Shown here piece by piece: positions 44,218 through 54,080 of a DNA stretch of 64,000 nt. The notes beneath the pieces were generated by a model. It made no database searches. It saw only the letters and a list, made by a program, of their open reading frames with translations, and was not told where the DNA came from. Origin of the DNA: an uncultured Chloroflexia bacterium (GTDB lineage: Bacteria > Chloroflexota > Limnocylindria > Limnocylindrales > CSP1-4); contig OY970218.1 of assembly GCA_963713975.1 (NCBI GenBank), positions 3,136,001-3,200,000 on the forward strand, given 5' to 3'. Numbering within the stretch: position 1 is the stretch's first letter; every line of letters begins with the position of its first letter. A program made the translations under genes and the position numbers.

Positions 44218-45948
44218 TCACCGGTCTGCGGCGAGGCGCCATGCTAGCACATCCCAATACCGGTCGCCGGGGTCCGCGATGAGGCGCGGTGTGACCCCTT
44301 CGAGGCCCCTGGCGAGCATCACATCGTCGTTCCAGGCGAGCGGCAGCATGGGCCGACGCTCGGCCAGGGCGGCGAGCAGGGCCTTCCACGCGGCGGTGCG
44401 CTCCTCGTCCGTGCCGGGCTTCCTGGCCGCCTCCAGCAGCGGGTCGAGCTCCGTGTCCTGGTACCCGGCCAGATTCGTCCCGGACGCCTGCACCTGCGAC
44501 GACGCGAGCAGCGGATACAGGTCCGGCTCCAGGCCCTCGGCGATGTCCACCACGGCCGCCGTGAACTCCCCGGCGCGCAGCCGGGCGGCAAGGTCGCTCG
44601 CCTTGACCTCGACCAGGACCGCGTCGAACCCGAGGTCTTGCCAGGCATCACGCACGGCACCGGCAACGGCCGACAGCCGCGGGTTGGCGGACGCGGGAAC
44701 GCTCAGGATCTCCATCTGGTAGGGGTTGTTGGCGCCTGGGGCGACCCACCCGCCGCTCTTCTTCGTCCAGCCGGCGTTCTGGAGGGCCTTGGTCGCTGCC
44801 TTCTGGTCGTACTTGACGGACACCGCGGAGGCCTCGTCGTAGGCCCATGACCACGGAGGCACCATTGAGTCCGCGCGTGTGGCGTTGCCACCGAGGACGT
44901 CTGCGACCAGGGCGTCCCGATCGATGGACGCGAGGAGCGCCGTTCGCACCTTCGGGTCCCGCAGCTCCTTGTGGTTCGGTCGCAGGTTCAGCATGACCGA
45001 TGACAGCGTCGTGGTCTGGTATCGGTTGGTGTCAAATCCGTCGACGGTCGCGAGATCGGCGAGGACCGGGGAGGACAGGCCCGCCGCCGCATCGATCTCA
45101 CCGCCTCGCAGGGCGTCGGCCACCGCGGTCTCGTCGGCGTAGAACCGGAGCTCCATCTCGTCCAGGTAGGGCGCCGGCAGGCCGATGCCGACGGACGGAA
45201 GCGGCGTCGCCAGGGAATCCGACGGGGGCAGCCCATCGGCTGACGCCGGCGCCTCCTCCACCTGCGGGACCACGCCCGAGGCCGGCACCAGGATCGCGCG
45301 CTCATCGTTGATGTCCGCGAGGGCGAAGGGGCCACTGCCCACCGGCAGCCGCGCGAACTCGCTGGTCGCGATGTCCGCAAACGGCATGTCCCCGAGCAGG
45401 TGAGCGGGCAGCAGCGGCTGGGCGGCGAGCGCCAGGACGCCACCAATCGGGCTGCCCAGCCTCAGCTGGACCGTGGAGTCGTCGAGGGCGAGCGCGGTGA
45501 CGTCGGCCCACGCTCCCGCGGTGGATCCCCCGGTGTCCGGGCTCTTGCGGGCATTCACCGTGAACACCACGTCCCCGGCGGTGACGGGCTCGCCGTCATG
45601 CCAGACGGCGCCCTCCCGGAGCTTGAAAGTCCAGGTGCTCCCCTCCGCGTCGCTGGACCACGAGGTGGCCAGGTCCGGCTGGTAGGAGGCCCCCGGCCCG
45701 AGGCGGACCAGGCCCGAGAACACGAGGCCCACGAGCGAGCGCTCGGCACGGCTGCGCGCCGTCACCGGCGTGATGGATTCGGCCGTGCCAACGACTCCCT
45801 CGCGGTAGACCGCCGGGGGCGGCGGCGTGATCTCGGGTGTCGCGTTGGGCTCCGGATCATCGACCGCACGCGGCAGCGCGAGGGCGCCGGCGATGACGAC
45901 GAGGACAAGGGCCAGGACGGCGACGACGGCGCGGTCGCGACGGTTCAT
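44218..45948 (-). CDS. Family 5 (peptide/nickel) ABC transporter substrate-binding protein
   Basis: LVFSGLVR...PDLATSW...WTFKLREGAVWHDGEPVTAGDVVFT, PVGSGPF; N-terminal TM. Confidence 0.9.
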   Translation of the reverse strand: MNRRDRAVVAVLALVLVVIAGALALPRAVDDPEPNATPEITPPPPAVYREGVVGTAESITPVTARSRAERSLVGLVFSGLVRLGPGASYQPDLATSWSSDAEGSTWTFKLREGAVWHDGEPVTAGDVVFTVNARKSPDTGGSTAGAWADVTALALDDSTVQLRLGSPIGGVLALAAQPLLPAHLLGDMPFADIATSEFARLPVGSGPFALADINDERAILVPASGVVPQVEEAPASADGLPPSDSLATPLPSVGIGLPAPYLDEMELRFYADETAVADALRGGEIDAAAGLSSPVLADLATVDGFDTNRYQTTTLSSVMLNLRPNHKELRDPKVRTALLASIDRDALVADVLGGNATRADSMVPPWSWAYDEASAVSVKYDQKAATKALQNAGWTKKSGGWVAPGANNPYQMEILSVPASANPRLSAVAGAVRDAWQDLGFDAVLVEVKASDLAARLRAGEFTAAVVDIAEGLEPDLYPLLASSQVQASGTNLAGYQDTELDPLLEAARKPGTDEERTAAWKALLAALAERRPMLPLAWNDDVMLARGLEGVTPRLIADPGDRYWDVLAWRLAADR

Positions 45949-45991
45949 GTCTGCGGGACCAGGACTGGCGGCTTGGCGGGTGGGACTGCGT

Positions 45992-46213
45992 TCAGCCGCC
46001 GAGGACGAAGGCCACCAGCGCGAACAGCACGAACAGGACCAGCAGGACCACAGTGAACTGCCAGAGCCGGCGCTCGACACCACGGCGGCTGCGGTACACG
46101 GCGGAGTCGCCGCCGAAGGTGCCGGACAGGCCGGTCCCGCGCGCCTGGAGCAGGATGGCGGCGATCAGCGCGACGCTGAGCAGAAGCTGGCCGATGGCCA
46201 GGATCGGGTTCAC
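45992..46213 (-). CDS. secG: Preprotein translocase subunit SecG
   Basis: ILLQARGTGLSGTFGG...RRGVERRL. Confidence 0.95.
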   Translation of the reverse strand: MNPILAIGQLLLSVALIAAILLQARGTGLSGTFGGDSAVYRSRRGVERRLWQFTVVLLVLFVLFALVAFVLGG

Positions 46214-46290
46214 GGGTGAGATGACCTCCGTTGTCTGACGGAGCGGGATGGTAGCAGACTCAGGCGCGGTGCCCCTACGTCTGCCCCTGC

Positions 46291-47868
46291 TCAGTCGTGG
46301 TCGAGCAGCGAGCGGCCGGTCATCCCCTCCCAGCGCGGAAGACCGGCGAGCGCCAGGATCGTCGGCGCCACGTCGGCGAGCACGCCATCGCCAAGCGCCA
46401 AGCCCTCGAGAGCCCGGCCCATGCCCAGGAGGGGCACGGGGTTGAGGGAGTGCTTGGTGACGGGGTTGCCCGCGTCGTCGAGCATGTCGTCCGCGTTGCC
46501 ATGGTCCGCGGTCACGAACAGGACGGCCCCGGGGCCATCGGGGTCCGCGTCGTCGACGGCGGCGATCGCGTCGAAGATCCGGCCCAGACAGATATCGATG
46601 ACGGCAAGGGCGGCCACGGTGGCGTCCCAGATGCCGGTGTGGCCCACCATGTCCGGATTCGCGAAGTTGGCGACGATGAAGTCGTAGCGCCCGGACCCGA
46701 TAGCCGCCACGAGCTCGTCGGCGACCCCCGCGGCGCTCATCTCGGGCTGGAGGTCATAGGTGGCCACCTTGGGCGACGGCACGAGCCGCCGCTCCTCGCC
46801 GGGCCACGCCGTCTCGACGCCGCCGTTGAAGAAGTACGTGACGTGCGCGTACTTCTCGGTCTCGGCGACGTGGAACTGTGACCAGCCCGCTTCGCTGAAG
46901 GCCTGTGCGAGCGATCGAGCCTCCTCGGGTCCGAAGGCAACCTCGACCGGGAGACCGGACTCGTACTCGGTCATGGTGATGACGCGGAGGCCGGCCGGGG
47001 CCGCGCGACCGCCGGGGCTCGTGCGATCGAAGTCGGCGAAGCCCGGCTCCGCCAGGGCGTGGGTCAGCTGGCGGGCCCGATCCGCCCGGAAGTTGACGTG
47101 GACGATTGGGTCGCCGTCCCGCAGGGCGCCGTCCGTGCCATCGATGACGGTGGGGGCGACGAACTCGTCCGTCTCGCCGCGGGCGTAGGCCTCCTCGATG
47201 GCGGCGGTGGCAGACGCGGCGTGGAGACCCTCGGCGTGGACGATGGCGTCATAGCCGCGCTCGGTCCGCTCCCAGCGCTTGTCCCGATCCATGGCGTAGT
47301 AGCGGCCACCGACGGATGCGATCCGGGCGTCGGGATGGACGGTCGCGAGGCGGGCCTCCAGGTCCTGCATGAACCCGAGGGCGGAGCTGGGCGGCGTGTC
47401 GCGGCCGTCGAGCAGCGCATGGATCCGGACCGACGGCACGTCGAGGCGCGCGGCCAGGTCCATCAGGGCGAGGAGGTGCCGGTCGTTGGCGTGCACGCCA
47501 CCTGGGCCGATCAGGCCGACGGCATGGAGGCGTCCCGTCTGACGGGCTAGCTCGCAGGCTGCGACGAGCGCCGGCCGTGAGAAGAACGATCCGTCGGCGA
47601 TGGCCGCGTCGATCCGCGGCAGGTCCTGGAGCACGGGGCGGCCGGCACCCAGGTTCAGGTGACCGACCTCCGAGTTGCCCATCTGCCCGGCCGGCAGGCC
47701 GACGGCATCCTCGGATGCCCGCAGGACCGAGTTGGGCCATGCGGCAACCGCGGCACGCCAGCGCGGCATGGTGGCGGCGGCGATGGCGTCACGGGACGGG
47801 TCCGGGCCGATCCCGAACCCGTCAAGGACGACGAGGACGATGGGGCGCGGTCGGGTGCCCTCGATCAC
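46291..47868 (-). CDS. gpmI: 2,3-BPG-independent phosphoglycerate mutase
   Basis: LDGFG, QMGNSEVGH, DGRD, GRYYAMDRD, AETEKYAHVT, DMVGHTG, TADHGN. Confidence 0.98.
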   Translation of the reverse strand: MIEGTRPRPIVLVVLDGFGIGPDPSRDAIAAATMPRWRAAVAAWPNSVLRASEDAVGLPAGQMGNSEVGHLNLGAGRPVLQDLPRIDAAIADGSFFSRPALVAACELARQTGRLHAVGLIGPGGVHANDRHLLALMDLAARLDVPSVRIHALLDGRDTPPSSALGFMQDLEARLATVHPDARIASVGGRYYAMDRDKRWERTERGYDAIVHAEGLHAASATAAIEEAYARGETDEFVAPTVIDGTDGALRDGDPIVHVNFRADRARQLTHALAEPGFADFDRTSPGGRAAPAGLRVITMTEYESGLPVEVAFGPEEARSLAQAFSEAGWSQFHVAETEKYAHVTYFFNGGVETAWPGEERRLVPSPKVATYDLQPEMSAAGVADELVAAIGSGRYDFIVANFANPDMVGHTGIWDATVAALAVIDICLGRIFDAIAAVDDADPDGPGAVLFVTADHGNADDMLDDAGNPVTKHSLNPVPLLGMGRALEGLALGDGVLADVAPTILALAGLPRWEGMTGRSLLDHD

Positions 47869-48653
47869 GAAGCCAGCCCGCGGGCCACGGCCGTGAGGCT
47901 GGCCCGGGCCACCATCCCGGCCATCTCGTCGGGCTTGAGCGAGGCTCCACCCACGAGCGCGCCATCGACGCCGGGCTCCGCCAGAAACTCGCCGATGTTG
48001 GCGGAGGTCACGCTGCCGCCGTAGAGCACGGGCGTCTCGTCCGCCCCATCGCCCCAGCCGAGGCTGCGGAGGCTGGACCGGATCGCGTCGGCCATGGCGG
48101 CCGCATCCGCACCGCGCGCGTTCTTGCCGGTGCCGATGGCCCAGACGGGCTCGTAGGCGATGACGATGCCGGCGGCGACGAGCCCGGCCGGGTCGCGGCC
48201 GTCGAGGGCGCCCTTGAGCTGCGCATCAACGACGGCGGCCTCGCGGCCTGCCTCGCGGTCCGCGAGCACCTCGCCGACGCACACGATGGGGCGGAGTCCG
48301 CCCGCGACGGCGCGGTCGAGCTTGCTTCCGACGAGCTCGTCCGTCTCGCCGAAGTAGGCACGGCGCTCGGAGTGACCCAGGATCACCCATGTCGCGAGGC
48401 CGGCCAGCATCGGCACGGACACCTCGCCGGTGTAGGCCCCACCCAGCTCGTGGTGGACATTCTGTGCACCGACGTCCACGTCCTCGCCGGCCAGCGCGTC
48501 ACGGACGGCGGCGAGGCTCACGTACGGCGGACAGATGACCCGGGTCACCCCGGGTTCCCGCGTGCGGGATGCGATGGTCCGCGCGAGCTCACCGGCATCG
48601 GCGGGGGTGGTGTTCATCTTCCAGTTGGCAGCAATCACGATCGGTCGAGTCAT
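47865..48653 (-). CDS. tpiA: Triosephosphate isomerase
   Basis: ANWKM, GHSERR, AYEPVWAIGTG, YGGSV, LVGGASL. Confidence 0.98.
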   Translation of the reverse strand: MTRPIVIAANWKMNTTPADAGELARTIASRTREPGVTRVICPPYVSLAAVRDALAGEDVDVGAQNVHHELGGAYTGEVSVPMLAGLATWVILGHSERRAYFGETDELVGSKLDRAVAGGLRPIVCVGEVLADREAGREAAVVDAQLKGALDGRDPAGLVAAGIVIAYEPVWAIGTGKNARGADAAAMADAIRSSLRSLGWGDGADETPVLYGGSVTSANIGEFLAEPGVDGALVGGASLKPDEMAGMVARASLTAVARGLAS

Positions 48654-48660
48654 GCCCAGA

Positions 48661-49587
48661 TCATGCCAGAGGCGGGCGTGCGGTTCCCCGTCCGACCGGC
48701 CCCCTCCGAGCCGCTGTCCGGCCCGGGACGCGACGGCCGTGCGACACCCCGCCCGCGGCGCCGGATGGCCGGGTGCGCGACCGCAGGCCCGCGCCGTCGT
48801 CGTCGTGGAGCGCGAGCAGCTCCAGCCTGTCCAGGGCCCGCTGGACGGTCGAGCGATGCAGCTCGAGGCGCTCGGCGATCTCGGACAGCGATGCCTCCGG
48901 CGTCTCTCGACGGGCCTCCGCAACCGCCCGGACGGTGCGCGGCTGCTCACCGAGGCGGCCGTCGGCCTCGAGGGCCTCGATGGCCTCGAGGTGGCGACCG
49001 GCGGCAGCAACCGAGCGGTGCAGGTTGGCGCTCTCGGCGTTGAGCACCCGGTTGAGGTCACCTCGCAGCGTGCGGGCCACGCCCCGTGCCTCGAGCTCCA
49101 GCAGGGCAGCGCTGCCCCCGATCATGCCCAGGAACGCCTCGATGGACTCCGTGCTCTTCCAAGTGACGACACCCATGCCCCGCCGCAACCGCCACGCGGC
49201 GGGCAGGCCGATGTCGTCGAGCCGAAGGGCTAGACGCGGAGCCTCCGCGGCCGGCACGACGAACTCCAGGTGGGCACGACCGGACGAGATGCTGAGCGAG
49301 CCACGGGCCAGGAAGCGGCCCCGCAACCACGCCACGCGGCAGTGATCGGGGGCGGCCTGCCAGTCAAGGTCCGTGGGTGGCAGGAGGAACCGCCGGCGCG
49401 CTGCTCCCCCACCCTCGCGGGCGTGGCCGCCGAGGCGGATGACCAGGCGCGCCACGGCGGGCTCGCGCGCATGCACCTGGGGACCGAGCCCGGCGATCTC
49501 CGCGCGCCGATCACACGGTCGCGACGGATCGATCGCCGCGAGCTCCGCCCGCAGGGCCGCAACGAGGTCCCGGTCGCTGGCCGACAT
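48661..49587 (-). CDS. whiA: DNA-binding protein WhiA
   Basis: AWLRGRFLARGS, HLEF, NRVLNAESANL, C-terminal HTH; follows yvcK. Confidence 0.9.
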   Translation of the reverse strand: MSASDRDLVAALRAELAAIDPSRPCDRRAEIAGLGPQVHAREPAVARLVIRLGGHAREGGGAARRRFLLPPTDLDWQAAPDHCRVAWLRGRFLARGSLSISSGRAHLEFVVPAAEAPRLALRLDDIGLPAAWRLRRGMGVVTWKSTESIEAFLGMIGGSAALLELEARGVARTLRGDLNRVLNAESANLHRSVAAAGRHLEAIEALEADGRLGEQPRTVRAVAEARRETPEASLSEIAERLELHRSTVQRALDRLELLALHDDDGAGLRSRTRPSGAAGGVSHGRRVPGRTAARRGPVGRGTARPPLA

Positions 49588-49596
49588 CCGTCCCCG

Positions 49597-50985
49597 TCAG
49601 GAAGCGCGCGCCGCGTCAGGCGTGGTCGCCCGGCGGCGGTGGCCGCCATCGTGCGTCCACACCCCGATCACCGCTGCGGCAAGGCGTTCCGGATCGTGGT
49701 GATGGGCATTGGCCGGGTCCACCAGGTCGTCCAGCACGAGACGCAGTCCGTGGGGTGCGTCACCGGTCGGTGGCCAGCGCAGGCGCACGGGCTCCCCGCG
49801 CCAGCCGTCGGGAGCGTGCGCGTCGAACCGGTTGTTGGCCAGGACGACGTCGGGCAGGCCCGCCGCGTGGTGGCGCTCCAGGGTATCGACGTGGTCGGCA
49901 AGGTCGTAGCCTCCCGTCTCGCCCGGTTGCGTGGCGACGTTGGCGACGAACACGACCAGGGCCCCGGACGCCGCGATCGCCTCGCGGATCCCCGGCACCA
50001 CCAGCGAGGGAAGGATGCTCGTGTACAGGCTGCCCGGGCCGATCACGATGATCTCGGCGTCCCCGATCGCCTGGAGGGCGTCGTCCGCTGCCCGGACGTC
50101 TTCCGGGCTCACCCAGACCCGCTCCACGGTGTTGGTGCGCGCGATCAGGCTCTGGCCGGCCACCTCGCTGCCATCCCGCAGCCGGGCGTGCAGCGTGAGC
50201 ACGGTCCCGGTGGCCGGGACGACGCGGCCCCGGACGGCGAGCACGCGGTTCATCTCCCGCACGCCCTCCTCGAAGTCGCCGTCCTCCAGGGCCACCAGGG
50301 CTGCGAGGAGCAGGTTCCCGACCGCGTGCCCGCCCAGGCCCACGCTGAGCGCCTCCGCGCTCCGGGCGGGTGGCAGCACGCCGTCCCGCTCCGGGTCGGG
50401 CGCAGTGACTCCAGGAAAGCGGTACTGGAGCAGGCGGCCCATCATCGGCTCCGCGTCCGCGAGGGCGACGACGCAGTTGCGGATGTCGCCCACGGCCGGG
50501 ATCCCGAGCTCCGTCCGAAGGACGCCGGACGACCCGCCGTCATCGGCGACTGTCACCACCGCCGTCAGGTTGGACGTGTGCTCCTTCAGGCCACGCAGCA
50601 GCGCGGACAGGCCCGTGCCGCCGCCGATGGCGACGATCCGGGGCCCACGGGCGAGGAAGCGCTTCTGGTAGATCACGTCCACCATCGGCTGGTCGCGTCC
50701 CCAGAGCGCGAACGGGTCCACGAGCGTGCGTACCAACCGGTACGCCCCGACGAGGAACAGCGTCAACCCGAGGGCCCCCGCGACCAGGCCGCGCAGCTGG
50801 TAGGGCAGGAACTGCAGCGTGCCCAGGTCGATGACGCTCATGACCGGTCCGCCCGGGTCGGCGTCGGCCATGACCTGACGCAGAACGTGGGCGAGGCCGA
50901 TGGCGAGCACCAGAAGCCCCAGGAAGGCGAGAAGAAGCCACCGCTTGACGCCGATCCCGACGGTCAACCAGCGGCGGAGGTTCAC
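49597..50985 (-). CDS. yvcK: Gluconeogenesis factor YvcK/GlmR (N-terminal TM extension)
   Basis: IGGGTGL, VTVADDGGSSG, GDIRNC, GPGSLYTS, TQPGET. Confidence 0.93.
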   Translation of the reverse strand: MNLRRWLTVGIGVKRWLLLAFLGLLVLAIGLAHVLRQVMADADPGGPVMSVIDLGTLQFLPYQLRGLVAGALGLTLFLVGAYRLVRTLVDPFALWGRDQPMVDVIYQKRFLARGPRIVAIGGGTGLSALLRGLKEHTSNLTAVVTVADDGGSSGVLRTELGIPAVGDIRNCVVALADAEPMMGRLLQYRFPGVTAPDPERDGVLPPARSAEALSVGLGGHAVGNLLLAALVALEDGDFEEGVREMNRVLAVRGRVVPATGTVLTLHARLRDGSEVAGQSLIARTNTVERVWVSPEDVRAADDALQAIGDAEIIVIGPGSLYTSILPSLVVPGIREAIAASGALVVFVANVATQPGETGGYDLADHVDTLERHHAAGLPDVVLANNRFDAHAPDGWRGEPVRLRWPPTGDAPHGLRLVLDDLVDPANAHHHDPERLAAAVIGVWTHDGGHRRRATTPDAARAS

Positions 50986-51869
50986 CGCTCCAGCTCCCTG
51001 TGGAACACCGAGACGGGCCCGAAGTCCCGGTCCCGCAGCCACGCGGCCAGCTCCTCGGACATGACGACCGACCGGTGCCAGCCACCCGTGCAGCCGATGG
51101 CGATGGCCAGCCGGTTCTTTCCCTCTTCCGCGTAGGCCGGCACCAGGAGATCCAGCAGATCGTGCAGGCGCTCCTGGAACTCGGCCGCGACGGGCAGGCC
51201 GAGCACGTATTCGCGGACCTCCGCGGTCAGGCCCGAGTGCGGCCGCAGCGCCTCGATGTAGTGGGGGTTCCGCATGAACCGCACGTCAAGCACGAGGTCA
51301 GCCTCGAGTGGCACACCGTACTTGAAGCCGAAGCTGATGATCTGGATCGACATGCGATCGGACCCCTGGACGTCGCCCAGGCGCGCGAACAGCCGCTCGC
51401 GCAGCTCCCGCAACGCCAGGTCGCTGGTATCCAGCACGACGTCGGCCTGGCTCCGCACCGGCTCGAGCATCTCGCGCTCGAGCTGGATCGCCGTCGCGAT
51501 CCCCCGCTCATCCGCAAGCGGATGGCGGTGCCGAGTCTCCGAAAACCGCCGGATCAGGACCTCGTCGCGGGCCTCGAGGAAGATGATCACCGGCCGCATG
51601 CCGCGCCCCTCGAGCGCTCCGCGCATCGCCCCGAACGCCAGCGGCACGTCACCGGCGCGCACGTCCAGGACGATGGCCGTGCGTCCGTAGCGGACGGGCT
51701 CCGTTGCGATCAGGTCCGCGAGGTCGCGCAGCAGCTCGCCGGGCAGGTTGTCCACCACGACGTAACCCAGGTCCTCGAACAGCTTGGCGGCCGCGGTCTT
51801 GCCGCCTCCCGACAGGCCCGTCAGGACCACGACCTCCTGGTCCGGTGCAGGTGCGCCGTCCTGGGTCAT
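50982..51869 (-). CDS. rapZ: RNase adapter RapZ/YvcJ P-loop NTPase
   Basis: TGLSGGGKT, VDNLP, SFGFKYG, IGCTGGWHRSV. Confidence 0.95.
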   Translation of the reverse strand: MTQDGAPAPDQEVVVLTGLSGGGKTAAAKLFEDLGYVVVDNLPGELLRDLADLIATEPVRYGRTAIVLDVRAGDVPLAFGAMRGALEGRGMRPVIIFLEARDEVLIRRFSETRHRHPLADERGIATAIQLEREMLEPVRSQADVVLDTSDLALRELRERLFARLGDVQGSDRMSIQIISFGFKYGVPLEADLVLDVRFMRNPHYIEALRPHSGLTAEVREYVLGLPVAAEFQERLHDLLDLLVPAYAEEGKNRLAIAIGCTGGWHRSVVMSEELAAWLRDRDFGPVSVFHRELER

Positions 51870-51885
51870 GCCGCTCCTCTGTCGC

Positions 51886-52671
51886 TCACTTGCCGCTGCG
51901 CCGGATGAAGAAGACCGTCCCCTCGAACAGGATGTACATCGTCAGGCCGAGGGCGAGGGGGCTCACGAGGTCCCCGCCGGGAGTGATTGCCGCGGCGAAC
52001 ACCGCGATCCCCAGGACGATCATTCGTCGGGCACCGATGAGCCTGGCCGAGGTCACGATGCCCACCAGGGACAGCCCGTACAGCAGGATCGGGAACTCCA
52101 TGATCAGCCCGAAGGCCAGGAACATCGTCGTGACAAAGTCGAAGTAGGGCCCGGCCGCCAGGTTGGCCACCAGGACGTCATCGGTGAAGGCGAGCAGGAA
52201 GCCAACCGCGAACGGCAGGATGAGGTAGGCGATCGCGACCCCGAGCGCGAAGAACAGCAGCGCCAGCGGGATCCAGGGGCGGGCCATCCTGCGCTCGGGA
52301 GCGGTGAGCCCCGGGGCGACGAATGCCCAGACCTGGTAAAGCAGGACAGGCATCGCCAGGATGATCCCGGTGATGATCGAGATCCGGAGCGCGATCACGA
52401 ACGCATCGCCCGGGCCCAGGACCTGGACGGTACCGGAGGGCAGCGGTGCGATCAGGATGTTGCGGATGTCCCGCCAGAACCAGAAGCCGATGACGCTGCC
52501 GATCGCGACCGCGATCAGGGCCTTGACCAGGCGGCTGCGGAGCTCGGTGAGATGGTCGACCAGCGTCATCTCGCCGGCCGCGGGCGCCGCCGGCGGTGTC
52601 GCCGGATCCGGCTCGACCGGCGTCGGGTGCGCGCCGACGGAACCGTCCGCGACGGCCTCGGCATCGGTCAT
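51886..52671 (-). CDS. tatC: Twin-arginine translocase subunit TatC
   Basis: MTLVDHLTELRSRL, YQVWAFVAPGL, EFP, ITPGGD. Confidence 0.96.
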   Translation of the reverse strand: MTDAEAVADGSVGAHPTPVEPDPATPPAAPAAGEMTLVDHLTELRSRLVKALIAVAIGSVIGFWFWRDIRNILIAPLPSGTVQVLGPGDAFVIALRISIITGIILAMPVLLYQVWAFVAPGLTAPERRMARPWIPLALLFFALGVAIAYLILPFAVGFLLAFTDDVLVANLAAGPYFDFVTTMFLAFGLIMEFPILLYGLSLVGIVTSARLIGARRMIVLGIAVFAAAITPGGDLVSPLALGLTMYILFEGTVFFIRRSGK

Positions 52672-52697
52672 GGTGCGGGCCCGACGGGTCCGGCCGG

Positions 52698-53147
52698 CTA
52701 GGCGGAGGGGGTCGGTGGCTCGTCGACCGGCGTGGCCTCCGCCGGCGGCTCGACGGCCTCACCTTCGGCTTCCTCCGGGTCGGACACGGGCCAGGGAACG
52801 GCGGCGGGCTCGGCTCCCGCATCCGGGGTCGCGACTGCGGTCATGGCAGCTGCGACCGGAGCGGTAGCAACGGGCGCCGCGGCGACCGGGGCGGGCGGTG
52901 TGATCGCTTGCGGCCCGGCCTCGGGCGCGGTGCCGGAGGGCGCGGTGCCGGAGGGCGCGGTGCCGGAGGGCGCGGATGCCACGGGCTCCAGGCTGGTGCT
53001 CTCCTTGACATCCGTGGCCGCCTTGCGGAACTCGCGGATGCTCTTGCCCAGCGCGCTGCCGACGTCGGGGAGCTTGCCCGGACCGACGACGATGAGCGCG
53101 ATGATCAGGACGATGATGAGCTCACCGGGTCCGATGTTGAACGGCAT
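52698..53147 (-). CDS. tatA: Twin-arginine translocase TatA/TatB subunit
   Basis: IGPGELIIVLIIALIVVGPGKLP...GKSIREFRKA. Confidence 0.9.
   Translation of the reverse strand: MPFNIGPGELIIVLIIALIVVGPGKLPDVGSALGKSIREFRKAATDVKESTSLEPVASAPSGTAPSGTAPSGTAPEAGPQAITPPAPVAAAPVATAPVAAAMTAVATPDAGAEPAAVPWPVSDPEEAEGEAVEPPAEATPVDEPPTPSA
52923..52975. repeat. 15-bp coding tandem repeat (SGTAP x3)
   Basis: gggcgcggtgccgga repeated three times plus partial copy. Confidence 0.9.
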
Positions 53148-53201
53148 GACCTGTCTCGACCTCGTGGCGGGAGCGGTGCCACTCCGGGGGTTTGGAGGGC
53201 G

Positions 53202-54080
53202 TCAGGGTAGCACAGCGAGCTTGGCCGCCCACGTGGCGGCGGCCTCTTCCAGGCGCTCCGCGACGTCCCGCCGGGCGCCCTCGACGGGCGGTCCCAGGGC
53301 AGCCTGCGCGATGCCTCGCGAGACGTTGACGAGGAGTCCCCCGCCCGGCCGCGCGCCGGCCGGCGGAGCCGTCGCGGGGCCGTGGGCGAGCACGGGTGCC
53401 AGCTCCCCACCCTGGGCGCCGATGCCGGGGACGAGGAACGCGAGTCGTGGCGCCAGCGCGCGGATCCCGGCCATCTCGTCGGGAGCCGTGGCGCCAACAA
53501 CGAGGCCCACCGTCCCACCCGGGCCCCAGGTCGCAGCGCGGCGGGCCACGCGGGCCCACAGCGGTTCGGCGGGGTGGCCGGCGGCCGGATCCGGCTCGAC
53601 CCGGAGGCCCTGCAGCTCCGCGGCGCCCGGGTTGGAGGTGCGGCACAGCACGTAGGCAAACCGGTCCGCACGCTCGAGCAGGGGTGCCACGGCCTCCTCG
53701 CCGAGATACGGGTTGACGGTCACGGCATCCGCGCCGAGCCGGTCGAACAGCGCGAGCGCCTGCTTCGTGGCCGTGGTCCCGATGTCGCCGCGCTTGGCAT
53801 CGGCGATGAACGGCACGTCCGGCGGGACCATGGCTCGGATCCGTTCCAGCGCGCCAACGCCCGCGGCCCCGTGGGCCTCGAAAAAGGCGAGGTTCGGCTT
53901 GACCGCGGCCGCGTGCGGGAGGGCGGCCTCCAGGAGCAGCTGCGAGAACCGCTCGACACCCTCCAGTGTGGGCGGGAAGCCCTCCGGGAGCGCATCCGCG
54001 TCCGGGTCGATGCCCAGGCACAGCACCGTCCTGGTGGCGGCCGTCCGCGCCGCCAGCCGCTCCAGGTACGACGTGATCAC
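53202..54080 (-). CDS. pyrF: Orotidine-5'-phosphate decarboxylase
   Basis: CLGIDP, KPNLAFFE, DAKRGDIGTT, RTSNPG, VVGAT, VPGIGAQGG. Confidence 0.96.
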   Translation of the reverse strand: MITSYLERLAARTAATRTVLCLGIDPDADALPEGFPPTLEGVERFSQLLLEAALPHAAAVKPNLAFFEAHGAAGVGALERIRAMVPPDVPFIADAKRGDIGTTATKQALALFDRLGADAVTVNPYLGEEAVAPLLERADRFAYVLCRTSNPGAAELQGLRVEPDPAAGHPAEPLWARVARRAATWGPGGTVGLVVGATAPDEMAGIRALAPRLAFLVPGIGAQGGELAPVLAHGPATAPPAGARPGGGLLVNVSRGIAQAALGPPVEGARRDVAERLEEAAATWAAKLAVLP

